A stretch of 61,058 nucleotides of DNA, the filler included, from Porpidia crustulata (taxonomy: Eukaryota): NCBI GenBank assembly GCA_964255105.1. It is 7 parts of 7 records of this genome, joined end to end, with 100 filler letters (N's around TTAATTAATTAA, not from the genome) between each part and the next. Parts side by side here need not be neighbours in the genome. Positions count along the whole stretch, not along the records: positions 26,254 to 34,898 come from CAXUWE010001081.1; positions 34,999 to 43,620 come from CAXUWE010001082.1; 5 more parts are not named here. One strand, written 5' to 3'. The notes beneath the pieces are model-generated. The model was given only the letters and a program-made list of their open reading frames with translations. It made no database searches and was not told where the DNA came from. Positions 28,471 through 40,144 of the stretch are shown in pieces. Each line of letters starts with the position of its first letter. Positions within the stretch are counted from its first letter, which is position 1. The position numbers were made by a program, and so were the translations under genes.

Positions 28471-31011
28471 TCATTGAGCCACCGTTTGCCCAGGAGGCAG
28501 CCACGTCCTGCGCTCATCCATACTTCTACTGACTCTCCCACCCNNNNNNNNNNGAGTCAGCGGCATTTCCATCCTCGATCTCGTCAACGCGTCATCCTCG
28601 TCATCACCGTAGGCGTCCGTGAACCTGGCAAAATAATCTGCGTAGCCACGGCCGGGATCGCCGGCGACGATGCTGTCGTATTGTGGCGGTGGAGTCATTA
28701 GGGGAGGTGGGGGTTCTTCGTCTTCGAAGGCGGGGGGGTTGAACGACGGTTGGCGGAGTAGATGCATGGGTCTGCTATCGCCGGAGTTGGGGTTGTGGAC
28801 GTGAGCGGCTTGGGGCCGGGTGAGGGCGCCTGCTGATGGTGGTGGAGGAGGAGCTCGGGACATGGCGTCGAGACTCAGGGTGGACGGATTGCTTCCATCT
28901 CGGATATTGTTCAAGGTGGGTAAGAGGGATGAAGGGGAGTTCCGCCGTCGCAGAGCACCGGGACAGCCGCATTCGTAGTGCTCGGTCAATAGTGTTGATG
29001 ATTCGGGAGATGTGTAGGCGGGAAGAGCAATGTTGGCTTGTGTTGCCCGACACGATAGGATATGGAAGGGTGAATCAATGGAAATTTCGAAATGTCGACG
29101 TTTCGATGGGTCCACTGTATCTGGTTTCGAGAGTCGCATGACAATCTACTCGGATCAATTTAGTGCTTGCAAGCGAGCATACTGGGAAGATCATACCTTG
29201 ATCCAGTGGTGTACCTGAATGGCATGATATGTAGTATCGAAATGGATCTTCTGACCCTTTTCCCTTTCCCGCATTGAATGACAGCTCGGTAATTGTACGC
29301 TAAATTCCATCTCTGTCGGACCGACGTTGTGCTCCCCTTCGAGATTACCTAACAAATTGCTGGAATCTCGAGGCACGTTTTCGTCGCCCGCTGCAGCTGC
29401 TGCCCGTCCATCATAAGCAATACCACCTCCCGAAGTTATCCGCATGGAACTGCCAGGGTAAGCACTCGTGCTTGGTCCATCTGCTCTTTTTTCAAATAGT
29501 TGTATTTTCCGTGTCGGTTCTAGCCGGTGGACATGCTTGTTGCTCGTATAATATTGGATATTCTCCGTTACAAATACCTTAATCCGATGGCATTGAACCT
29601 TTGCCAACGGAGTAAGCTTGAAGGCAATGGGAACTTGGGCGCCCAGGGGAAATGATTTGCCGGAGATGACAATATCGTAATGTAGTTGGTCTTCCCAATT
29701 CCTGGAGATGGCAATGGGTTCAACTTGTTCAAGAGAGCCTTCTGATGGTGCTCGAATGAAAGTCACCTCTTTTGTTCCTACAAGATTCGACCGAAATGCT
29801 CCAGCCCGTTCGATAGTGGCCTCTAGAAAGTATTTGACATTACCGAGCTCAACATCTATGGATTCTGGAAGTCGCGAATCTATTGGAAGCTCGAAGTTGT
29901 ATATATAAAGTCCAGGAGTAAACGTGCGATAACCCTTTTGAGCTACCGTTGACCCTCCGTTTGCAGACTCGCCTTTGCCGAAGCTACGAGATTGGTTCAC
30001 TTGGAGAGACAGACGCTTTGCTTCTTTAGCGCTTATCTGGCCATGAATTGAGGACCTCTGAAGCTGATCGACGACTGGAGTGGTCGAGCTCGTGACTCCG
30101 AGATCTTTTGTGGTAGTCAAAGGACCTTTGAGAGGCTGCACTGAATCCGCTCCAGAGCCATATTCGGCCGATTGGAATTGTGCATTGAAGAAAGGCCACG
30201 TATGGTTCATGATGCTCTCCCGGTCTTTGAAGTCAGACTTTTTTGGAGGGATACCTTCCGGCCATTCTGTTTCGGCGCGACCGCGGAAATTCAAAGATAC
30301 GGTCTTGATCTTGGCGCTTTTCGATACTCTTAGCTGCAGATTTCCCCTCAACATCGTAGTGGTTCGATCGGTGATGTCGCTTTGGTCAAAGCCTTGAAGG
30401 AAGAGAACTGGCTCGGCCAGCGTGATCGAAAGGGACATGCCATTTCCGGCTGCCAGAGCCTGTTCTTCTCCACCAATGCCTCCAGCACTCGAAACGCTCG
30501 TACTGCTTGCTATCGAGGTCGGCCTGTTGTTCTCCGCCAGGGATGGTCTATGCGCAATTCCACTAACTGGCCCACTTATTGCTGAGCCGCTCCGAGGATG
30601 GCCGTTTCTGATCCCATCCCCGGCCGCCATATCACCGACCTGATGTGTTGCACAATTGGAGGCCCTCGTAGCGGCGGTAGCAGAATTGGCCGGCGCGACA
30701 GGAGGCGAAGAGGTGACGAAACGGTAGAGACGTTTCGCGTTCTCCTTTGGGTTCGCCAGTTTTCTGGTTGGCAGGTTTCTCTGGTCGAAAGCAAGAAGTG
30801 AGGAGTAAGGAACGTCCGGTTGTACTTGGGAGATGCGGAGGGTTTGAGGGCGGCAGGCTCGCGACTGAAAGAAGCCAGACGGGAGTAGCGGAAGGATGCG
30901 GTGGTTTGAGGGAAGGTAGAACAAACGGCCGGTGCGAGATTTGGTCTCAAGGAAGTCTGCTATGTTGAAAGTTGGAGGTGAGCACACGGCCATGGTCTGA
31001 GAAGCGGGCAT
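28471..31011 (-). CDS. Alpha-arrestin / Rsp5 adaptor (Aly1/Aly2-ApyA type), 2 exons
   Basis: LAEPVLFLQGF, FRGRAETEWPEGIPP, YIYNFELP, PIAISRNWEDQLHYDIVISGKSFPLG and HHWIK|IVMRLSK...FEISIDSPFHILSC. PY-type motifs LPAY and PPQY. Start could be 31011, 30993 or 30630. Confidence 0.88.
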
Positions 31012-32707
31012 TGGTGAAGGTCACTCTCTAAAGCTCTCGCAAAGAGAGATTGAAGCACATGCAGCACATCGATGTGGGGTACGACTAATCCAACTGAACA
31101 CATGCAAACAGTATACAGGTTGACGGTAAAGTTTGACAAGGAGCAATGTCCGCAACTTACATTGATGACTATGAGGAAGGAAGCAAGTGTCAAGGGGTTG
31201 ACTCTCTCTCTCTCTCGGAAGGCGTGGATGGATCTGAATTGTGTGAGAGGGGGGATCCTGGGGTACGAGTGGTATAATCCGTGCTTGGATATAACTTACA
31301 ATGGCAATGGCGAGCGAGCAACAGAAGACGAGTCGTTGAGGGAGGAGATGGTCGATGGTAGACTTGTATTTTTGAAGATGGGCGGATGTTTACTCGATCG
31401 TCATGGTGTAGATTTGTACTACATACTTGTATGTGTAGATGCGCGTGCCGGTTCTTCCACGGACACCCGTTCCATGGCACACACTCACCACCCAATTAAT
31501 GCAGGTGGGAACCAATCTCGTTACTAATACTAATTAAAGAAAACAAGAACAGCTCCTTGGAATCTCTTGAGTGGACAATTACTACTCGTATATACACATA
31601 ATTCGACTCCGGCCGAGCCGTCAGCAGCATGATTACAACAACAGTGCAGACTATGGTATGACAGTGCCACAATACTTCGCGGAATTACTCCATCTCCATT
31701 ACATATACCTTCTTGGCGCCACACTTTCGCACTTGACTTTAGCACTCTCCACCGCTGCTCGGCCCGCGACAGATCAAGTCCAACAAGAGGCTTTCCCTGC
31801 CACCCTGCGTCCCGATCAGTCCGCTGAAGAATCCAGATTCGGTTAGGGGGCTGTGGTTAAAGTGCCACGCAGCAATTCCATAGCAAGATCGATAAATGGA
31901 TCTGCGACATCCTGACGGAGCAGCAATTGCATAAGCAAGGCAGACGATTCTCGTGATTGATAGACGTCACAGTTGAAAACGGCTGTGCTGGCTATGCTTT
32001 ATCAAGGCCACGCGTTCTATCAGCCACTGCCAACCTAGATTGACCGTTGATCAAAGGCATCCAGGTTCCAACAGGGACGGTAGCTTGTGGGATGGGATCG
32101 AATTGTCGAGTTGAGGATTGTCGGCCTCTCTTCGTTCATGCTAGAAACTCTCCGGGCACGAAGCTTATGCAGCTTGATAAATGACTCCATTAACCTCCTG
32201 CCTCCCACTTTCCACAGTCGCATCGTCCAACCATTCCAACTTAGTCCTTCCGCGACTACCAGCGTACATTGTCTCCATTCTGTTCAATCCGAGGTTTGGA
32301 TAAGAGTTTGTGGTTCGTCTTCCAGAATGCCGGTTCCATCTGATGAGAGGGTTAGTGGTAATGAAAGGGAACCGAACTGTACTGGTAACGTAGAGTATGA
32401 TCGGTACTCGTTGACACCCCTCCACAGACCACTCCAAGCATTACTAGTAAGTACAACCCTAACCCTAGGCTGGATGGCGCGTTGAGGGGTAAGAATGAGT
32501 AAGGAAATCATGATATAGTCATGTGATATCGCCTCCAGCGTATTCGTAAGTAAGGTAGATTTCAATCGACTTTACGCGACAAGGCGCTTCCCCACATTGC
32601 CCCAGCACCGCGTGGTAACCAGGCTCATGCCGAAGATATGTTTGATAATGGGGAACGCTGTGAGTTCCGATCCATCTACACCCTGATACAAGTTCAATTC
32701 TGACATC

Positions 32708-34898
32708 ATGTCAGCTAAGGCACATTCCCCCCTCATGGGCGTTATCCTTTGTTGCACGTCCATTCTCCCCGAGGAGCGCGTAAGTCTTTCCTCCCTACGA
32801 AAACGAGGAGAATGCGTGATAGCCCTTCAATTTGTGATGAGCTGGCTGACACGTGGAAACCTACAAACAGTCAGAACTTGCATCGATTGCTGTACAGATG
32901 GGCGCCATCCACAAGCTTGATCTTACCTCCGACGTAACGCATCTCTTAGTTGGGGGGATAGATACACCGAAATACAAATTTGTGGCGAAAGAGAGGCCTG
33001 ATGTCAAATGTTTACTGCCGACCTGGATCGAAGCTGTGCGACAGTCCTGGTTGGAGGGAGGCGAGACTGAAGTGGAGGCACTCGAGGGCAAGTATAAGCT
33101 GCCGACCTTTATAGGCCTCAGGGTATGTGTCACTGGCTTCGAAGATTGTATGTTGTTTTTCGTTCGCAGGATGAAGCGTTGAAGTGCTGATCTCAAACTT
33201 CCAGTGACCCACCGAAAAGAGCTTGAAGTACTGATCAACGCAAACGGCGGCGAATATAGGGGAAACCTGACCAAAGATGTGACCCATCTGATCGCAAAGG
33301 TGCCGTCTGGGAATAAGTATGTGTATGCAGGCTATTGGGGAGTCAAGATAGTGGCTCTTGAATGGTTGGAGCAAAGCCTCGAACGGGGAATGATACTTGA
33401 CGAGGACCTTTATAGCTTGCTATTACCAGAAGACGAACGAGGCCGGAATGCCTGGATACGGAGGACTGATTCAACAACTTCCGTGGGCAAGAGAGCAAGA
33501 AATGCCGAAGTGGGCACCAGTAATCCCAGACAGCTTCGGAGGACCGCGAGTGCAAAACTGAGTAACCAAAGTCTTGGTATTTGGACTGACATTGTTGGTG
33601 CGGAAACATCGGTGATTAAGACCGAATCCAGCGAGTGGGATGATAATCCAAAAGAATCTGCACCGGTGAGCGGTGTGACCAAAGTGGGTGGTATGTTCCA
33701 GACTATCGAACGGAATCACCAAGTGTTCAGCATTGACGTAAGAAATGTAGCTCAAACTGAAGCTACATCATGGCCGCCGAATGAAGTAATTGCCAAAGTA
33801 GATTCGAAGCCATTGTTTCCAGAACAAGTGCCACGGCAAGGTATTTTCCATGGTAGAACATTCGTCTTGCACGGATTCGGAGAGAAGAAGGTAGACGCCC
33901 TCAGTACCCTCAATTCTCGTGATAGTATTGACTTCGGTCGTGTAGAATTCGATACTACGGGAACATCTATATTCCCACGGCGCAGAAGTAGTACCGGATA
34001 TCGCTGATCTATCGGAGAGGTCAGAGAGAGGTTATTTACTAGTACCTTATACCAGCTCCGTCAGCGACATTCCATCAATACCGGAAGCTATCCTCGAACC
34101 CAGCATTGCCACCGAGATGTGGATCGAGCGGTGCCTGTTTCGCAAAGAATTTGTTCAACCTGAAGCTGACATCACGAGTACTCCATTCCCTCGATTTCCA
34201 ATTCCAGGTAAGCATCCTCCATGAGGTCTCTCTTAGGACACTACTGAGACTTCACAGGCTTCCAGAGCTTGACTGTCTGCTCGACTGCTTTTTTAGGAAT
34301 TGATTTAATACATATGTTCAAGGCCGTCAGGCTCATGGGTAAGAGAATTCGTACGGGTTTCAATCGGGACTAAAAATACTTAGGAGCTATCTACGATGAA
34401 TTCTTCACTCCAAATGCCACCGTGCTTATATGCAACAACGTTCAGGCAGGCCGGGAAAGGCTGAGGCATGCCCGGTACTGGAACGTTCCTGCGGTCACAC
34501 CCGATTGGTTATGGGAGTCTATAAGGGAAGGCCAGCTTAAGCCTTTTGATCCTTATCTAGTGCAACCGTATGATGTCAATCCACTTACAAAGCAGAACAC
34601 ATCGGAGCATCTCTGGGGGATCGTTGGTGAGAACAAGAGGCCCGATAAAACTACCACTCTCGAGAGACCAGTAAAGAAAGTGGACGATTGCGATTCCCTT
34701 CCAAAGGAAAAACTCGGAGACGCGTTCAGCGAAGATGCACCAATACTGGAGCCACCACCATCGCTCACCAATCACGATGCGAATGACACGAACGATGACG
34801 ATGACGACACGAATCACACCGGAACGAACATACCCACGGAACACAGCAATGACGCACCCATAGACCTGGTCGATACCGCCCACACCCTCCGCGCACCC
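32708..34898 (+). CDS. DPB11: Multi-BRCT replication/checkpoint scaffold (Dpb11/Rad4-Cut5/TopBP1 family), 3' truncated
   Basis: PLMGVILCCTSI, MGAIHKLDLTSDVTHLLVG..TPKYKFVAKERPD, NGGEYRGNLTKDVTHLI, WLEQSLERGMILDE, TEMWIERC and VTPDWLWES give four BRCT repeats. Confidence 0.88.
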
Positions 34899-34998
34899 NN
34901 NNNNNNNNNNNNNNNNNNNNNNNNNNNNNNNNNNNNNNNNNNTTAATTAATTAANNNNNNNNNNNNNNNNNNNNNNNNNNNNNNNNNNNNNNNNNNNN
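34899..34998. other. Artificial contig-joining spacer
   Basis: N44-TTAATTAATTAA-N44. Confidence 0.97.
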
Positions 34999-35821
34999 TA
35001 TCTTCATAGACTTGCGAGGGAGAGACTTCAAAGGCCTAAATTGGTGGTTCGTCCCGCGACGGGGTGCGTCTCGCGACCCAGGGACGGACGTTAGGTTGAT
35101 ACCCGAATTTACTTTGACCGCGCGAACACAATTTTTCTAGTGATCGCAAGTTCTATGACTCTGGTTCGAAAGAATAAATGTCAATAAATTAAAGGCTTCA
35201 GATCAAAGATCCTGTTCTACCACTCTGGTTTCCTGAGAAATCATGAAACAACGACGCATTATAAGCCAGAATACATTTCATTCCTCAGTCATGAATCACA
35301 ATTCTCAAACAACCTTCCACTTCGCTTTAGACATAGGCCAAGTTCGATTGATTCGTGCTGCTGGTCTCCGGAGCCCAATATATATCTCAGAACTTTCTGG
35401 TTCGACTTGATGCTAGCACGCAGATATGCATGAAGATGTAGCTCTAAAGCATATTGGCATTGCTCATCCCCCATTCAATGAATTTACCATCCTCGATATC
35501 TCACCACACTTCCGGTAGTGCTTTCATTCTATTTTGACACCTTTATCAGCGAGTTTTCTTGTAGGGAATTTGATCTCTTTGGGAACGGGCGAGATAGATA
35601 AACAAGAGTTGACACTTACCTATCATCAAGACGTGAAGACTGTTCGCGGATACTGGTTCATGTTTACCCACTGCCATTGATCATTGTGGTCTCTGCGCAT
35701 ACTAAGACTTTACTCGGACCCTCTTAAGCGTTCGGCTGGTGTGTTCATGACCTTTTCCTGCACTGACGCAATCTCTTGACGTAACGCATCCAACTCGTGA
35801 ATTAAGTATCCGTATTCTCAG

Positions 35822-36562
35822 TCATAGCTTTGCATTTATATTTTCCTCCTTACTATCAATAACGACCTCCACCCCATGACCCTCCAATTCCACTTCTTGA
35901 CAGTCGTCCCCCGGCACACCATTGGCAAATTGCACAACCACAAAGTCTACTCTCTTCTTTCCTACCACCACCATCGGGGCATGCCAAGTCCCAACTCCAT
36001 ATGTGACTGCCTGTGCCCCATGTGCAATGAAAGCCTTCAGGTTCCTCAGATCTGGAGGCCCAAGGTGGGGAATCGAGTCCGCCTGCTGACAAGTCGGAGC
36101 AACAATGACGAGATATTTCGTGCTCGTATCAGTGGAGGAAAGATTTACAGGAATAAAAGTCTGGGTCGTGAAGGGGTGGCGCTCGAGGACGTGGACATGA
36201 AAAACGAGAGCGTTTCCAGAGGTACGGCGGGACAGGGATCGCGGAAAGCAAGAGAACATATTCATAACAGCTTTGCCAACAGGCTTTATTGATGATTGAG
36301 GATATTTGTTCTGCATGTGCGTGACATCGCTAAATTTTAGCGCCGTGTTCTGGTTCGCTAATGCGACATTCAAAGGGGAGATTGGGAGGGTGGAGGGTAC
36401 GGAATGTAAAGTTGAGGGGAGCGGGCTTTCTATGACGGTGCCGAAAGGTGCGAAAGAAGCAGCTGTTAGTAGGGAGGACTTTATTGTGTAAGATGGCGAA
36501 GGGATAAGGGGAGACATTGTTCTCTGCACCATCTGGACGGAGCACAAAAGCGTGAGAGGCAT
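35822..36562 (-). CDS. DAL3: Ureidoglycolate lyase with C-terminal PTS1 (-AKL); start may be 36532 or 36517
   Basis: FAPFGTVI, ANQNTALK, LERHPFTTQTFIP, QAVTYGVGTWHAPM and DFVVVQFANGV. Intronless. Confidence 0.92.
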   Translation of the reverse strand: MPLTLLCSVQMVQRTMSPLIPSPSYTIKSSLLTAASFAPFGTVIESPLPSTLHSVPSTLPISPLNVALANQNTALKFSDVTHMQNKYPQSSIKPVGKAVMNMFSCFPRSLSRRTSGNALVFHVHVLERHPFTTQTFIPVNLSSTDTSTKYLVIVAPTCQQADSIPHLGPPDLRNLKAFIAHGAQAVTYGVGTWHAPMVVVGKKRVDFVVVQFANGVPGDDCQEVELEGHGVEVVIDSKEENINAKL

Positions 36563-36751
36563 TAGATGGATGCATGCTCGTCTCGACTAACCCTAACCCT
36601 ATAATGCACTTTACGTTTGGCTACCGTCAACTCCCAACTCAGCTTTTGTCAAGTAAGATAGACAGTGTAAAGTCTTTGATTTTCTTGAGAATATCTAGTA
36701 TATTGTATTATCAAGAAGTCTGGCCGCACCAGAGATACGAAAGCTTTCGTA

Positions 36752-38881
36752 TTAGTTGCGAATTTGGAGATGATATGTTCGTAAAACCTCTTCGCTGATT
36801 TTGGAAGGGCTCTTGACCAACAAATCCTCGCCTTTCCCACTTTTGGGAAAAGCAATGACATCCCTTACAGACTCCTTTCCCAGCATGACAGCAATCAGTC
36901 GATCGAATCCAAGGGCGATACCAGCGTGAGGCGGGCAACCTGATTGTAATACTTCGAGGAGATGGGAGAATTCGGCAATCCGCTCGGGTGGCATTTGTAG
37001 AACTTCCCGCATTACGAGTTCTTGCATGTCAGCGTTATGGATACGCCGACTACCACCGCCTAATTCCACTCCGTTCATGACTAAATCATAATGATCCCCA
37101 ATAACTTGTGATGGATTTGTCCGGAGCAAATCAATATCTTCTGGCGACTTTGGTGACGTGAATGGATGATGGGTAGAAGCTAGACCAGCACTACCACCTT
37201 GGCCTGGTCCAGATATATTCGAAGGAGAGAAAAGGGGAAAGTCAGTTATCCACAAAGGTTCAAAGCCCCGAAGAGCATCCATGAGCTTTTCTACTATTGC
37301 AGTCTTCACGAGAGCGAGTCGCATATTTCCTAGGGACGTCGAACTCCCCGAAAAGGGCTCTTTTCTCCTAGCCTGCAGGATAATGAGGTCTCCATCTTTG
37401 GCGTTCAATAAATCTTCGACCCTTTCTGCCCCTTCAAATCCAAAAGCCTGCAGTCCAGAGAGAGGTTTGCTTGAGTCATATATGAAGACCCCGGGGCCGC
37501 CTTCAAGATTCTCATGAAACGGAGTAGCTGTAGTAGAGTCCAAGAAGTTGCTAATGAACTTGTGAGTATCTTTTGGACTACAATGATTGCTTAACGGTAG
37601 TAGCATTGCTTCCACGATGGGGTCCTTGAGTGGGGATATCTTGCTAATAAGATCAGCAGGTAGGAGATGCTCGATCCTCAACAACGGCTTCATTCGGATT
37701 CGCAAGTCAGGCTTGTCAGAACCAAAGTCGGACATGGCTTCCTCATAAGTCATTTGTGGAAATGATGGAGGTAACTCGGAGACAAGCGTTTGCTTCCACA
37801 AGTTTCTCATGATAACTTCGATACAATCTATGACATCACTTCCAGTGGCAAAGGACATTTCGAGATCCAACTGTCATTTGGATTAGCATAGAAAGCCAGT
37901 ATTGCCCACATCACCTACCTGAGTAAATTCCGGCTGCCTATCAGCTCTTTGGTCTTCATCACGAAAGCACTTCGCAATCTGGTAGTACTTTGGAATCCCA
38001 CTGGCCATGATTGTTTGTTTAAACTGTTGAGGACTCTGTGGTAAGGCATACGCCAACCCCTTGCGTCTTGTAGGCACAATGAATTCTCTCGCACCTTCAG
38101 GGGTAGACTTGAATAGCAGGGGTGTCTCCACTTCAATAAATCCGAGTCCATCAAGTACGTGCCTACAAATGCTCGCAGCTTTGGCCCTAAATTCAAGCGC
38201 ATCTCGAAGATCCTTATTGAAGCGAAGTTGGAGATGTCGCCGATCAGGTGCAAATACACCGTCTGCAGGCGCGATGATGTCCGATGGGAAATCATTTAGA
38301 ACTTGTACTTCTATGAGGTTAACCTCGACATCGTCAATTTTTCTGACCCGGTCATATCCGTCGGATTTAGAAGGCCTTTTATCTTTGAATCTACCCGTGA
38401 CGATGATGGGTGAATTGGTTCGAAGACTCTTGAGTTTTTTATTTAGAGATTCATTAGAAGAAACTACTTGTATTTTACAAGATAGGTGTTTGCTGTAGAG
38501 CCAGAAAAAACATAATTTTCCTGATAGCACTGACTTCCCTCCGAGATATCCGTGGAGGACGATCTCTTCGGTGTTTGAGGAACTGAACTTCTTGGTTTCA
38601 TAAATCCGAGAGATTTCCTCATTGATCTCGTGTGTTGCCTCGGGAAAATGAGCTTGTATAAAACCAAAATTAGCCAGCTCTCATGCCACATTGTACGTCG
38701 AACAAAACAACCTACTCGATTCTTTATATCTATCGAAGATTGATAACCGCTCATTTGTATAACATCTTTCGTGCAAAGTCTGATATATTCCTTTACTTGA
38801 GAAAAACTTGTATAGTTCAACGTAGCTGTGACGTGCAGCGCGACTGGTCGAACGAATTATAGGCAGCGATTGGGTCAACAT
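36752..38881 (-). CDS. MSD1: Mitochondrial aspartyl-tRNA synthetase, 3 exons
   Basis: Arg/Ser-rich presequence [18 protein letters not shown]. Motifs [73 protein letters not shown] and [12 protein letters not shown]. Confidence 0.95.
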
Positions 38882-39056
38882 TTGTAGATATCAATGGCTC
38901 CAACGCCTTGAAGATACTCGCAATATTGGAGCGAGATGGTGGGATTCTACAACAGGTACAGCTTCATGATTTCGACTATCTATTGGCGCTAGCAATGTTC
39001 CCGTAATTTATGCGAACAATAAACAAATTCCGTACCACTGATCTTCTTCTTTTGTC

Positions 39057-39303
39057 ATCCTTCCAAGTTTTGAACATGTGAGTTCTCACATACTACTTTT
39101 CCCGAATTAGCTCAAGCTAATATATATCCAGATGATGAAAGCCTAGAGTGTAGGATATGATATAATCTCGCCCACTCCGACTGGCAGCTCTCCCTTAACC
39201 GGGCTTAAGTGGCTTGTACGTTGGGTGTGGAAGAGAGTATGATATGGGCGTTTGACACACACACCTTGTTACTCAACGGACGCGATGAAGGCATCTCTGA
39301 TCC
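39057..39303 (+). ncRNA. snR45: Box C/D snoRNA snR45/U13 (SNORD13) ortholog, interrupted by a 54-nt intron (39078-39131)
   Basis: 5' guide ATCCTTCC (39057-39064) is complementary to 18S GGAAGGAU. Box C ATGATGA 39132-39138. Guide ACCTTGTTAC (39263-39272) is complementary to 18S GUAACAAGGU. C'-like GCGATGA 39282-39288; box D CTGA 39297-39300. Intron signals GTGAGT..GCTAAT..CCAG. Confidence 0.82.
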
Positions 39304-40144
39304 TCAAACTTGGAAGATGTTAAAGGGTGGATGTTTGGACTGTTGTGCAGCGCCAACGAGCGTTATCCTTTGCGTGCAGATATATATAAATAATTCAACG
39401 GTCTCCTTCCCTTCCTTTAGCACGTCCTTCATGTGTCTCCACGCCTGGCGTCAAGTGACGCTGGACAGAATGTAACCCGCAGGCGCACTAAGGACTCGGT
39501 ACAAGCAACGCTGAGTCTCACGATAGCTGGACGGAAGATTGAAGAAGCGGTGTCAACAGTCCACCATCTCCAGGGCTTCAAATACCCTACACTAGATGGA
39601 GGGTCGTAACAACGTCGCAAGATTTCTCCTCTATCAAAATCAGAAATTACAACTAAGTTTCAACTCTTCATCACATCACGAGCGTATAGAGTGATAGAGT
39701 AAAGTAGATAACTAAGTCCTTAGATTATTCTGTGAATGGGACAATTTGATGCCGAATATTTTGCCAAGCCGGTGCCCGGCTATATAGATAATCCAGATAC
39801 AAACAACAGCTCCATCTCCAGAAACTTCTCTATTTTGTTGAACGAGAACAACTTGATCTGAACCTCACTCCTGGGATCTTATTCTCGTCGGATGATACTG
39901 TACATTGTTTGACTTGATCTGGGTAGAGGCGCTGCTGTTGAAAAGTCCGAGCTTCGAAGTAAGCGCAAATAGCTTCATGGCGATTGTACCTCCTCAGCAA
40001 TGGTGCTTTACTAGACGTTTCAATGATTAGCACAAGCACGAAACTACGAACTCAATAATACTACTCCTGGAGGAGCCTACAAAGTAGACCCTATGAGCGC
40101 AGGTTGCGACACGATTGGGTATATTGCCTACTTTCTCAGCAGCC

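Noticed and set aside
34999..35820. Coiled-coil-looking peptide (YLIHELDALRQEIASVQEK) and a 61-aa ORF downstream of DAL3
   Set aside because: Bounded by stops, no start codon or coherent exon chain.
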